A DNA stretch of 54,455 nt from a virus (taxonomy: Duplodnaviria > Caudoviricetes). The position numbers were made by a program, and so were the translations under genes. Positions 28,410 through 37,979 of this stretch are shown here, one piece after another. Location of the stretch: positions 1 to 54,455 of the IMG/VR virus record IMGVR_UViG_3300033406_000296; one strand, given 5' to 3'. Numbering within the stretch: the first letter of the stretch is position 1; every line of letters begins with the position of its first letter. The notes under the pieces are model-generated. The model saw only the letters and a program-made list of their open reading frames with translations. It had not been told where the DNA came from and made no database searches.

Positions 28410-31400
28410 ATTAGCACAATAGCAGAATTAATGGTTAAGATTGGTGCAGATAATTCCGGCTTGAAATCTGCACTTAAAGATAGCCAATCAAATATAAAGA
28501 CTGCTTTTGCAACTGATCCCGTTAAGGAATTTACCAACGCTCTTGAGGGTACTACGGGCAGTGTTGGTTCGTTGATTAGCCGGTTCTCAGGATTAGCTGC
28601 CGTTGCCGCTGGCGGGTTTGGCTTTGCTGCACTTATTGACAATGCTGTTAATGCTGGTAATGCGGCTTATGAAATGGCTCAACGGTTGGGTGTTTCTAAC
28701 CAGGAGGCTATAAACCTTAGCCGGGTATTATCTATGAGCGGAACAGACGTAGCAATGTTTAATTCCGCTATAATGAGACTAGATAAATCTTTCTATTCAA
28801 CAGGTAATTCAGGGCAATTGTGTCGTGATACGTTAACAGCTACAGGCGTTGCCTTGACTGATGCCAATGGGAAAATGCTGCCGCTAACTGAGCAGTTAGC
28901 CAATATGGCTCAGGGATATGAAAAAGCAAAAGCATCTGGACAGCAACAAGTGTTTTTAATGAATACTCTGGGCGTAAAAGGTCTGCAACTAACAAAAGTA
29001 TTTGAAGAATATAACGAAAAAATGAAAATTGCATCTGAGACTAATGGCGTCGGCCTTAATCCAGAAGAAATGCACAAGCTAAGTTTGGAAATGGATGCTT
29101 TGAAGATACAATCTAGCCAAATTGGGCTTGTTTTTGGAAGTGCGTTAGCGCCGATTGCGGCAGAAGTGTTTCCGCCTATTCTGACCGGGTTAAAAAATGC
29201 GTCAACCTTTTTGGCACAAAATAAAGCTGGTGTTATTGGAGTTACCGAAGAAATACTAAAGCTATATGCTGCCTATAAGCTTGTTAACTTGGGTAAATCG
29301 GCAATTAACACAGTGTCAAATCTTGCTCAAGGGCTAGGTTCGAATGCTGGAGAAAGGGCTGCGGCAAGTGAATTAACCGCTTTTCAGGAAAAGGCTGTTG
29401 AAAGATCAGTAGCGGCCAGTGAACGTGGCTATATGCGTAAGATTAATGCCGCTGTCAGGGCTGCGCAGGCTGAAAGTGCTAGTGCAGATGAAGCCGCTGC
29501 GCAAATTGCAGTGGCTATGCAAAAAATTACAGCTGAATCCGATGCCGCGAGCATAGCAATACGCGAACGAATGACAGCTGCCTTTCTCGGCGCGGCCGCA
29601 TCGGCAGAGGAATCGGCGATTATTATAAATACAGCTCTTGCAGGAACCGGAACTGCGGCAGTTGAAGCCGCGACAGTAAAAACCGCTGCAACAGTAGGAT
29701 CAGCAGAGGCCTGTACCGCCGCAGTTGTCGAATCATCGTTAGTCCAGGAGGGAAGCATTACCGCTGTTGGAGTGGCTGCAGAAGTAGCCGGAGCAAAAGA
29801 AGTAGAGGCAAGTGAATCAGCAGTAGTTGCGGCTAATAAGGTAACTGTTGCTCAAGGAGAAGTAGCCGCGGCGGAGGTTGTTGCAGGCGATACTGCTGTT
29901 ATAGCTGGGACAAAAATGGAAGCGTCTTGTATTTCTGCCGGAGGAGCAGTTAAAAGCTTAGGAAACTTAGTATTGGCGTTGGCCGGCGGCTGGATTGGAG
30001 TAGGTGTTGCAGCAAGCTATGCGGCGTATGAAATTACGAAAGCTTGGGCAGCGCATAATCGGTCAGAAGTTAAACAATACCAGCGTATTGGATTAGATCC
30101 TCAGTACATGGGGTTTCAAGCTGGTACTAGTCCAATGGCTTTTGCCATTAAATCAGCTCCGCCAACTGAAGAAAATGGTCAATATGTTGATATGGAAGCA
30201 AGAGAACAAGCAGAAGCGGAAAAGGCTAAGGCTGAGAAAGAAGCGGCAGACGCCAAAGCCAGGATAGAAGCCCTGCAGGCGGGTATTGGAATTTTGCCGA
30301 CTGCTGAGGGAAAAACGCCTACAGAAAAAACTAAAAAAGAGGCAGCACCTAAAGAGTCGGCTGAACAGCTTGCTGCTGATCGGGCACGACATAAAGAAAT
30401 TGAAGATGCCAACAAATTTGTTGAGCAGATGAATAAAATATATGATGGCATGTTTCTTGATCAAGAAACTGTTAGCCAAAATGCATATCAAAAGCAACTT
30501 GACGATCTTAAAAAATGGCATGATGATGGACTGGTCAGTGAGGAAGATTATACGGCAGATTTGTTGAAACTATCGCAGATGCGTACGGTAAATTTGATTG
30601 CTGAAGCGCAAAAACAACTGGATGCAGAGCGGGGTTATAAGCAAAGCGCTCTTGATTTAGTAGAGTCCTTGCAAAAGCTAAAAGATGCAAGCCTTACCGG
30701 ATCCGCGGCGGCTGCAGTAGCCTTTCAAAGAGAATGGGACAATGCATTGAAAAATGTGAAAAAGCAGGTTGATGATATTGTATCGCAATTAAATAGCATG
30801 AAAGAGCCGGGAGAACGAAATAAGAAAATTAGAGTGTACCAAGATTCGGGAATGATGAATCAGGGCGATTTTACAGGTAAAGCCGTTACTTCTGAGGATT
30901 TTTCAACTTTTTCTCAATCGGCGACAGAGGCTGTAAATAAAAAATTTATTCAGGATAGTCAAGATGAAGATACCATCTATAATAATTGGAGAAAAAATCT
31001 TGATATTGAATATAACCAAGGCCACATTCAAAAATACCAGCAAATGCTCAACGACAAGCAAAACCTTGACCACAACTACTTAGAGGGCCAGAAAGCCTAT
31101 ATGACCGAACTGCAAACCTTGTGGAATCAAACCCATAAATCTATTTATGATAAGTATGCTACATTGTTGTCTGACATGGATTCGGGATTAACAAGTGCGT
31201 TAACTAACTTTATATCGGGCACATCATCAGGCAAAGACGCTTTTCGAAGTTTTGCTGATTCAGTAATCGATAGCATAATCAAAATGGAAGCTCAGGCCGC
31301 GGCGGCTAACATTACATCAAGTATTAGCAAGCTACTTGGTATTGGTACAAGCACGTCGACGGCTAGCAGTAGTAGTAGTGATTCATCAAGTAGCTTGCTT

Positions 31401-31805
31401 ACTTCGGCGATTTCGTTGGTTAGTCAGCTTGCCGATGGCGGTGCGGTTTATGGTCCTGGTACAGGCACAAGTGATTCCATTCCGGCGATGCTTAGTAATG
31501 GTGAGTATGTATTAACCGCAAATGCTACTAGTGCAATTGGCGTGAGCAATTTAGACCGAATAAACAAAGGCTATGCTTCGGGTGGACTTGTAACTGGTCC
31601 ATCGTTAGCTAGTCTGAGTAATTACGGTAATGTTTCTAACGTATCCAGCGCCGGATCATCAAGACGATCTGTTGGAAGCAGCAGTAATCAGAGCAGCGTC
31701 ACAATGAATATTTATGCTCAGGATGTGCGTGGAGCCAAGCAGTCGCAAAGCCAGATGATGGCGGAAGCTTATAATGCGATGTCGAGAGCGAGGAGAAATG
31801 TATGA
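28410..31805 (+). CDS. Tape measure protein (probable ATT start at 28410)
   Basis: AAGGAGGT-N7-ATT AGC ACA ATA GCA GAA TTA ATG; Ala-rich; C-terminal ADGG..GPGTGTSDSIPAMLSNGEYV. Confidence 0.92.
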   Translation: MSTIAELMVKIGADNSGLKSALKDSQSNIKTAFATDPVKEFTNALEGTTGSVGSLISRFSGLAAVAAGGFGFAALIDNAVNAGNAAYEMAQRLGVSNQEAINLSRVLSMSGTDVAMFNSAIMRLDKSFYSTGNSGQLCRDTLTATGVALTDANGKMLPLTEQLANMAQGYEKAKASGQQQVFLMNTLGVKGLQLTKVFEEYNEKMKIASETNGVGLNPEEMHKLSLEMDALKIQSSQIGLVFGSALAPIAAEVFPPILTGLKNASTFLAQNKAGVIGVTEEILKLYAAYKLVNLGKSAINTVSNLAQGLGSNAGERAAASELTAFQEKAVERSVAASERGYMRKINAAVRAAQAESASADEAAAQIAVAMQKITAESDAASIAIRERMTAAFLGAAASAEESAIIINTALAGTGTAAVEAATVKTAATVGSAEACTAAVVESSLVQEGSITAVGVAAEVAGAKEVEASESAVVAANKVTVAQGEVAAAEVVAGDTAVIAGTKMEASCISAGGAVKSLGNLVLALAGGWIGVGVAASYAAYEITKAWAAHNRSEVKQYQRIGLDPQYMGFQAGTSPMAFAIKSAPPTEENGQYVDMEAREQAEAEKAKAEKEAADAKARIEALQAGIGILPTAEGKTPTEKTKKEAAPKESAEQLAADRARHKEIEDANKFVEQMNKIYDGMFLDQETVSQNAYQKQLDDLKKWHDDGLVSEEDYTADLLKLSQMRTVNLIAEAQKQLDAERGYKQSALDLVESLQKLKDASLTGSAAAAVAFQREWDNALKNVKKQVDDIVSQLNSMKEPGERNKKIRVYQDSGMMNQGDFTGKAVTSEDFSTFSQSATEAVNKKFIQDSQDEDTIYNNWRKNLDIEYNQGHIQKYQQMLNDKQNLDHNYLEGQKAYMTELQTLWNQTHKSIYDKYATLLSDMDSGLTSALTNFISGTSSGKDAFRSFADSVIDSIIKMEAQAAAANITSSISKLLGIGTSTSTASSSSSDSSSSLLTSAISLVSQLADGGAVYGPGTGTSDSIPAMLSNGEYVLTANATSAIGVSNLDRINKGYASGGLVTGPSLASLSNYGNVSNVSSAGSSRRSVGSSSNQSSVTMNIYAQDVRGAKQSQSQMMAEAYNAMSRARRNV

Positions 31806-31966
31806 ATAATGAACAGCGCATAGCACAGTTAGAAAAAGAAGTGGCCGATCTCAAACGGCGGCTTGAGAATCAGCCAAAGATAATATCTTTTGATTTTAAA
31901 GTACAAAACTTTAAAGAATTAATGCCTAGGGTTGTCCAGGAATTACACCGACAATTTGGTCGATAA
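31802..31966 (+). CDS. Small coiled-coil protein (54 aa)
   Basis: ATGA coupling to the TMP stop; MNNEQRIAQLEKEVADLKRRLE. Confidence 0.5.
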   Translation: MNNEQRIAQLEKEVADLKRRLENQPKIISFDFKVQNFKELMPRVVQELHRQFGR

Positions 31967-32246
31967 AAAGAGTAATTGAGGCACTGTTTATTTGCTCTCC
32001 GGATAAACCACTTGGATATAAAACAGCATCTTTGAGAGTAACGTAATTTAGATGGTTTACAGATAACTTATGTTCATCGATTATTTGCTCTAATGATTCC
32101 GTATAAGCATCTTTCATATCTTCATCAATAGATCCTACAACTATTCCGGCAGCAGTTATAAAAGTAATTTTATTATTTAGACTGTTTTCGTTGAGTTTGC
32201 TGAAAAGCTGAAACATTGTTATTATGGTCCTTTTTGTATCAGACAC
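31926..32246 (-). CDS. Moron: small beta-rich protein (GvpU/Sm-like, tentative)
   Basis: RBS GGAGGTG; ITFITAAGIVVG...VTLKDAVL...LFIDQIVG. Confidence 0.7.
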   Translation of the reverse strand: MSDTKRTIITMFQLFSKLNENSLNNKITFITAAGIVVGSIDEDMKDAYTESLEQIIDEHKLSVNHLNYVTLKDAVLYPSGLSGEQINSASITLFIDQIVGVIPGQP

Positions 32247-32273
32247 AAAATATCACCTCCCTTCGAGGTGATA

Positions 32274-32298
32274 TTTCTATAAATTCCATTATTTTCCT
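32274..32298 (-). promoter_or_regulatory. Sigma-H-type promoter
   Basis: ttaC-AGGA-N17-GAAA on the minus strand. Confidence 0.65.
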
Positions 32299-32315
32299 GT
32301 AAAGGAGGGCGGATA

Positions 32316-32858
32316 GTGAACTTCGACTTGCAATTATTTTCAGTATCCCTACCAGATAATCCATTCAAATCTGACGCAACCGCTGGCGAATATTATTTGC
32401 TCTATGTCAATGCAGGAACTGTAACTAACCCAGAGTGGAAACGAATTGGCGGTCAACGCAGCTCAACCTTAAATAGAAAAGCTACCAGCGTTGATGTTAG
32501 CAATAGAACGAGTGGCCGCTGGAGAATGAAAAAGGTAGGCCTAAGAGAGTGGAGCATTGATTTGGATGGACTAATTCTGCTAAATGATGGTGGATTAGAA
32601 ATATTAGATCAGGCCTTTATGGACGGACAACAAGCACACCTAAAATTTCAGTATCCCGATTTAACCTACCGTCTAGGGTGGGCAATAATTACTGATTTCA
32701 ACATTGAAAATCCTTACAATGATGCTGCAACGGTGAAGGGGACCCTAGAAGGAAGCGGACCTTTGTCTGACTTGATGGTAGATACATCGAATTTGGTAAC
32801 TATCAGTAAAAATCCAGATAGTAAGCAGATTTTTAACACTGATCATTACATTACATAG
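32316..32858 (+). CDS. Second tail-tube paralogue
   Basis: Aligns by eye with 26140: LP.NP, G..YLLYV, IGGQ, DVS..TSG, WSID, YPD..YR.GWA, AT.KG.L.G.GPLSD. Confidence 0.85.
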   Translation: MNFDLQLFSVSLPDNPFKSDATAGEYYLLYVNAGTVTNPEWKRIGGQRSSTLNRKATSVDVSNRTSGRWRMKKVGLREWSIDLDGLILLNDGGLEILDQAFMDGQQAHLKFQYPDLTYRLGWAIITDFNIENPYNDAATVKGTLEGSGPLSDLMVDTSNLVTISKNPDSKQIFNTDHYIT

Positions 32859-32870
32859 CGGGGTGTAATA

Positions 32871-33485
32871 ATGAGTACAAGTTTTCATGAAATCAGATTC
32901 CCTGTGGATCTCTCCTGGGGTGCATCAGGTGGGCCAGTTTTTGATGTAGATATTATTGAAACAAAGACCAAACTGGAACAACGTAATTTAAATAACTCAT
33001 ACCCGCAAGCAACCTACACCATCCCATATAATCTGAAAAATTTTGATGAGTACCAGGATATTCTAAATTTTTATTATGCCAGACGCGGCAAAACATATGG
33101 ATTCCGGTTTAAGGATTGGAAAGACTACTATGCCGCGGATCAATCGATCGGCAGTTATGATGGCACTACAACCGAATTTCAATTAATTAAGACATACGGG
33201 GATAGCGTTAATACATATACTCGGACAATCACTAAGCCGATAAAAAATACGGTAAGAATCTATGTTGATGGCGATTACTATAAGGACTGGACCTGCGATT
33301 ATACGACTGGAATAATTATCGTTTCCGGTTTAACTGGTACAACCACAAGTGAGAACAAAATTACTGCTGATTTTGAATTCGATGTTCCAGTGAGATTTGA
33401 TAATGACTTTCCCACAGTAGCCGCGGACGATGAAAATGATTTAATATCGGTGAACACAATTACCTTTAAGGAGCTGTTGGCATGA
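32871..33485 (+). CDS. Distal tail protein, DUF2460/TIGR02217 (RcGTA g12-like)
   Basis: FHEIRFP..S.GASGGP.F, ARRG..GFRFKDW.DY, ADFEFDVPVRFD. Confidence 0.9.
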   Translation: MSTSFHEIRFPVDLSWGASGGPVFDVDIIETKTKLEQRNLNNSYPQATYTIPYNLKNFDEYQDILNFYYARRGKTYGFRFKDWKDYYAADQSIGSYDGTTTEFQLIKTYGDSVNTYTRTITKPIKNTVRIYVDGDYYKDWTCDYTTGIIIVSGLTGTTTSENKITADFEFDVPVRFDNDFPTVAADDENDLISVNTITFKELLA

Positions 33486-34312
33486 GCTCAGATATAGGAT
33501 TAACTGATACCGTAACAACCTTATGTACCTGCTGGGAAATTACCCGTAAAGATGGTACCGTGATGGGGTTTACCGATTTTTCCGAGGCACTTACCATTGA
33601 CTCTGTAACTTATGAGGCAAAAACCGGTTATGCGTCAACAACCATTGCATCCTCAAGCGGTTTATCGGTAGATAATCTTGATGTATCAGGAGCACTGTCC
33701 AGTGATGCTATAACCGAAGCCGATATAACTGCAGGCAAATATGATTTTGCGGCAGTACAAATATTTCAAGTTAATTATCTAGAACCTACAGCAGGGGAAA
33801 ATATTCTTCGAACCGGGTATATAGGTAATATTTCGCGTGGTGATCATGCGTTTACCGCTGAAATTAGAGGCTTAGCGCAATTGGCCCAACGAAACATCGG
33901 TGAATTATATTCAGATACTTGTCGGGCTACTCTGGGGGATACCAGGTGCGGGATAGATTTGACCGACTATACATTTACTGCAACTGTGACAGCGGTTGGT
34001 GATGACACTTTCACAATATCGAACAGTGAAACCAAGACAGCTGGCTACTTTAAAAAGGGGCTTGTGACTTTTACCAGTGGCAACAATGATGGCGTAAGCA
34101 TGGAAATTCAAGCGCATACCAAAGATGGTACTTACGATGTGATTACACCATTCTTACCGTTAGCTGAAACTATTGCCGTGGGAGACACTTTGACGATCGT
34201 GGCTGGATGCACTGGTTCTTTTTCGGTATGCTCTGGAACTTTTGATAATTATCTGAATTTCAGAGGTGAACCAAATATTCCAGGCACTGATACCATTTAT
34301 TCCTACGCCTAG
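33482..34312 (+). CDS. Baseplate hub, DUF2163/BR0599 (RcGTA g13-like)
   Basis: TTLCTCWEITRKDG..GFTD, CRATLGD..CG, GC..C..F.N..NFRGEP.IPG. Confidence 0.92.
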   Translation: MSSDIGLTDTVTTLCTCWEITRKDGTVMGFTDFSEALTIDSVTYEAKTGYASTTIASSSGLSVDNLDVSGALSSDAITEADITAGKYDFAAVQIFQVNYLEPTAGENILRTGYIGNISRGDHAFTAEIRGLAQLAQRNIGELYSDTCRATLGDTRCGIDLTDYTFTATVTAVGDDTFTISNSETKTAGYFKKGLVTFTSGNNDGVSMEIQAHTKDGTYDVITPFLPLAETIAVGDTLTIVAGCTGSFSVCSGTFDNYLNFRGEPNIPGTDTIYSYA

Positions 34313-34323
34313 GAGGTGAGATT

Positions 34324-34749
34324 TTGAAACGAACTGAAATTATTAACTCTGCTAGAGGTTGGCTGGATACAAAATGGCAGCACCAAGCCTGCCTTAAAGG
34401 TGTTGCGTGTGATTGCGTGGGGCTTGTCCGTGGTGTGGCTGCAGACTTTGGTCTTAAAGTTGACATCACAGATTTAAATTACTCTCAGCGGCCACATCAT
34501 ACAGATGAAAAGCTTTATCAAAAAGTAAAAAAATATATGCAAGAAATATCGATCGCCGAGGCTAAGCCCGGCGATATTTTATTGTTTGGCTGGGAACAGT
34601 GGCCTGCTTATCATTGCGGTTTTCTTTCGTATAATGGCTTTGTAATTCATACTTGGCTGGACGTAGGCAAGGTTGTTGAAAGCCGCTTAGATGAGACATG
34701 GAAGGAAAACATACGCTACGCTTTCCGCTTGCCTGGAGTTGAGGATTAA
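34324..34749 (+). CDS. NlpC/P60 tail peptidase (TIGR02219, RcGTA g14-like)
   Basis: ARGWLDT..HQA..KGV.CDCVGLVRGV, PGDILLF, HCG, IH. Confidence 0.9.
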   Translation: MKRTEIINSARGWLDTKWQHQACLKGVACDCVGLVRGVAADFGLKVDITDLNYSQRPHHTDEKLYQKVKKYMQEISIAEAKPGDILLFGWEQWPAYHCGFLSYNGFVIHTWLDVGKVVESRLDETWKENIRYAFRLPGVED

Positions 34750-37428
34750 ATGGCGACGATTCTACTCAGTAATGCCATAGCGGCGGCTAATCCATTTTGG
34801 TCAGCGGTATTAAGCTTGGCCGCGACGACTGCAGATCAATATTTATTTGGCAAACACCAAACGGCTACCCGCATGGATAGCACCCAAGTTAACGACAGCA
34901 GCTATGGCAATATGATTCCGATTGTTTTTGGTATGGTGCGAGCTTCCGGCAATATTATTTTTGCTAGTGATTTTACCTCTCATGAAAGTAGTAGCAGTGG
35001 TAAGGGTGGCGGAGGAACAACCACTTATACTTATTCGATTAGTGTTGCAGTTGCTATTTGCAAAGGGCCGATCGTCAAGATACGCCGTATGTGGTTGAAT
35101 GGGACAGAGTATATTTTTACTTCCAAAAGTTCCACTACATATAAGTTCACAAAAGTTGATGACACATCGACAACAGTCTCATGTCGTATTTATCTAGGGA
35201 GTGAGACCCAAGAGCCGGATTCCTATATGGAAACAAAAAACGGCGGAACTGGTACAACTCCTGCATATCGGGGGTTAGTTTATGCCGTTTTCCAAGATCT
35301 CTATTTAACCAATTTCGGTAATGGAATTCCTCAGTTTGCCTTTGAGGTAGTATCTGAAGCCATGGCCGATTCGGTGAATTATAGCGACCAAACAAAAACA
35401 GGACTGACGTTCACAGATGAAGATTTAAGTTTTTCGACATGGGAAAATGCAACGATTAAATATTGTACATTTACTAACTGCCGGCTGGATGGATCATCAT
35501 GGGATAATTCAACTATAAAAAATTGCAGCTTCGAGGGATCAGTTATACGTGATTCTAGCTGGGAAAGTGCGACGATCACTGATTGTACTTTTGATAGTGT
35601 AGATGCTCGCGGTGCAAGCTGGACAAGCGCTAAAATAACGGATTCGTCATTTGATGAGGCAGATGTAAGAGGCTGCGGGACTATGAATGTCGGGAACTGT
35701 ACGTTTGTTAGTGCCTATGTGAATGATACGACGTTTCAGCTAATATCATCTTGCACTTTCACCGATGCCGATTATGATACCGTAGACACGGGATATTTGA
35801 GTTATTATCCATCATGTCCGCTCAGCAAAATCATTTCGACTCTTGCCGATTATGCTGAAATCACGGATGACATGATATCGATGACAGACATTACGAATTC
35901 GGTCAATGGTTATACCATTACCTCACAATCTACTTTTCGGAGCATAATGGAAACCTTCATGCAGGCGTACGCCTTTGATGCCTATGAAGCGGATGGAGTT
36001 TTAAACTGCATTGCTCAAGCCTCACAAGATATAACGGTTATTCCGGAAGCTGATTTAGGAGCAGTAAGCTCTGGCAGTGAGACAATTGATAAGCTGAAAA
36101 TTGAGGACAAGGATGTCTACGAACTGGCACCGCAAATAAATGTTACCTACTACAACTATGCTCAAGATTATCAGCAAGGCACTGTCCGGGCTAGACGCAG
36201 ATTTTACACGGAGTCGCTTGGGGAAGAAACCGTAAATCTTAATATTGTAATGACGAAATCTGAGGCGCAAACAATAGCCGATAATCTTCTCATAAAGGCG
36301 TGGACCAATAAGACTACATACACCACTCAATTAGGTAATAAGTGGGCGTCGCTTCGTCCAGCACAAGTAGTACAAACAACTGTAAAAGGGGTCAAACGGG
36401 TATGGCAAATTACAAAAATAGATTATGATGGCGGAATAATGAAGGTGGAGGGGCAAGGATTTAAGGCTCCTACGGTCGTTTCCCACGTGATAGTTGATCC
36501 GGCTGTAACATTAGTTTCACCAGGGGACATTACTTTATATTTGCTGGACATCCCATTATTGTCTAGTACTGATGGCGCTGGCTTTTATGCCGCTGCTACC
36601 GCTGCAAGTAATTACAAAACGGTATATCTTTACAAGTCCACCACGACTGATGATACAACCTTTAGCTTGCTAGATTCCCTTGAATATGCCGCAACTGCCG
36701 GGGTAGCCAGCTCGGTATTGTCTGACGGTACCGTTTATTTCTTCGACATGGCCAATACGGTTACTGTGACGCTGACGAACGGTACCCTGTCGAGTATGAC
36801 AAAGGCTGACGTGCTAAATGGTAATAACGCGGCTCTGTTGGGTGATGAAATCATTCAATTTATGACGGCAACCTTAGTTGGTACGAACGAATATACACTG
36901 TCTGGATTGCTTCGGGGCCGGAGGGGTACTGAATGGGCCACTAGTATGCATGAGTCGGGAGAACGGTTTATATTGCTTTCGAGCAGTACAGTTCAGTCCG
37001 AAACTATGAGTCTGAGTGATATTGGGCAGGAAATAACTTATCAGTATGGTTATGCCAGCACTGATGGTACAACAGAAACATTTACGGCTACAGGCATTGG
37101 CTACAAACCATATTCGCCTTGCCACGTAAAAGGCACTCGGGATAGTTCGGGTAATCTTACAATTACCTGGATCCGGCGGACACGGATTGGCGGTGAATGG
37201 AAAAACAACATCGATGCTCTGCTAAGTGAAACGACCGAGGCTTACGAAGTTGATATTATGTCCGGCACCACTGTATTGCGGACACTGACGGCCACCTCTG
37301 CAACGGTTGAGTATACAGCGACCTACCAGAAAACAGACTTCGGAAGTGTGCAGGCATCTATTACCGTGAATATCTATCAAATCTCAGAAAAGGTTGGACG
37401 CGGATATGTAAAGGAGGTGGTTTTATGA
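34750..37428 (+). CDS. GTA-type central tail tip/host-specificity protein (g15 megatron-like) with pentapeptide-repeat insert
   Basis: SSYG..IPIVFG..R..GNII, PAYRG..Y.VF..L.L..FGN.IPQF.FEV, LSGLLRGRRGTE, W.RRTR.GG.W. Confidence 0.88.
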   Translation: MATILLSNAIAAANPFWSAVLSLAATTADQYLFGKHQTATRMDSTQVNDSSYGNMIPIVFGMVRASGNIIFASDFTSHESSSSGKGGGGTTTYTYSISVAVAICKGPIVKIRRMWLNGTEYIFTSKSSTTYKFTKVDDTSTTVSCRIYLGSETQEPDSYMETKNGGTGTTPAYRGLVYAVFQDLYLTNFGNGIPQFAFEVVSEAMADSVNYSDQTKTGLTFTDEDLSFSTWENATIKYCTFTNCRLDGSSWDNSTIKNCSFEGSVIRDSSWESATITDCTFDSVDARGASWTSAKITDSSFDEADVRGCGTMNVGNCTFVSAYVNDTTFQLISSCTFTDADYDTVDTGYLSYYPSCPLSKIISTLADYAEITDDMISMTDITNSVNGYTITSQSTFRSIMETFMQAYAFDAYEADGVLNCIAQASQDITVIPEADLGAVSSGSETIDKLKIEDKDVYELAPQINVTYYNYAQDYQQGTVRARRRFYTESLGEETVNLNIVMTKSEAQTIADNLLIKAWTNKTTYTTQLGNKWASLRPAQVVQTTVKGVKRVWQITKIDYDGGIMKVEGQGFKAPTVVSHVIVDPAVTLVSPGDITLYLLDIPLLSSTDGAGFYAAATAASNYKTVYLYKSTTTDDTTFSLLDSLEYAATAGVASSVLSDGTVYFFDMANTVTVTLTNGTLSSMTKADVLNGNNAALLGDEIIQFMTATLVGTNEYTLSGLLRGRRGTEWATSMHESGERFILLSSSTVQSETMSLSDIGQEITYQYGYASTDGTTETFTATGIGYKPYSPCHVKGTRDSSGNLTITWIRRTRIGGEWKNNIDALLSETTEAYEVDIMSGTTVLRTLTATSATVEYTATYQKTDFGSVQASITVNIYQISEKVGRGYVKEVVL

Positions 37429-37970
37429 GCGATACTCCAAGGCTGGCTATGCCTTATTTATCATCAAGTCAGGCGCAAAAAGAAACGACTCATAACGAGT
37501 CGCTTGTAATTTTAGATGCGTATGCACAGACTGCGGTTGAATCGGCAGCCTTAACAGCGCCGCCAAATTCGCTTACAGAAGGAAATTTATATATTGTAGG
37601 AACAAGCGCAACTGATGCATGGGCAGGATATGACAATTATCTAGCTCAATACATTGGAAGCGCTTGGGTTTTTTATAGTCCGTTTTCTGGAATGCGGGCA
37701 TGGGATAAAGCTACGCCACAGGCTTTAGTTTATAAAAGCAGCGCTTGGGTGAATGAACTGACAGCTGCAGCCAAGATAGGCTTTTTTGATACAACGCCGG
37801 TAACTCAAACGATCGTAACAATGAGTAATACGGATGGAGCTATTAGTGGGCTGACAATATCTACAACGTATTCTCAGACTGAGGTCGAAGCGTTGCGAGA
37901 TGCTTGCGAAACATTGGCGCATGATGTGCGAGCCTTGAAAACGGCGTTGGCTAGTTATGGGTTGGTTTAA
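37425..37970 (+). CDS. DUF2793 tail-fibre-related protein
   Basis: TPRLAMPYL..SQAQKE.THNE.L..LD, AWAG, W.F..P..G. Confidence 0.88.
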   Translation: MSDTPRLAMPYLSSSQAQKETTHNESLVILDAYAQTAVESAALTAPPNSLTEGNLYIVGTSATDAWAGYDNYLAQYIGSAWVFYSPFSGMRAWDKATPQALVYKSSAWVNELTAAAKIGFFDTTPVTQTIVTMSNTDGAISGLTISTTYSQTEVEALRDACETLAHDVRALKTALASYGLV

Positions 37971-37979
37971 GGAGGAAGG

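Noticed and set aside
35375-35790. Qnr-type quinolone resistance gene
   Set aside because: The repeats are an internal domain of a virion structural protein, not a standalone cytoplasmic protein.
32871-37970. Calling the element a gene transfer agent
   Set aside because: Only the baseplate is GTA-like; the element has an integrase, att sites, repressor, replication genes and a long tape measure.
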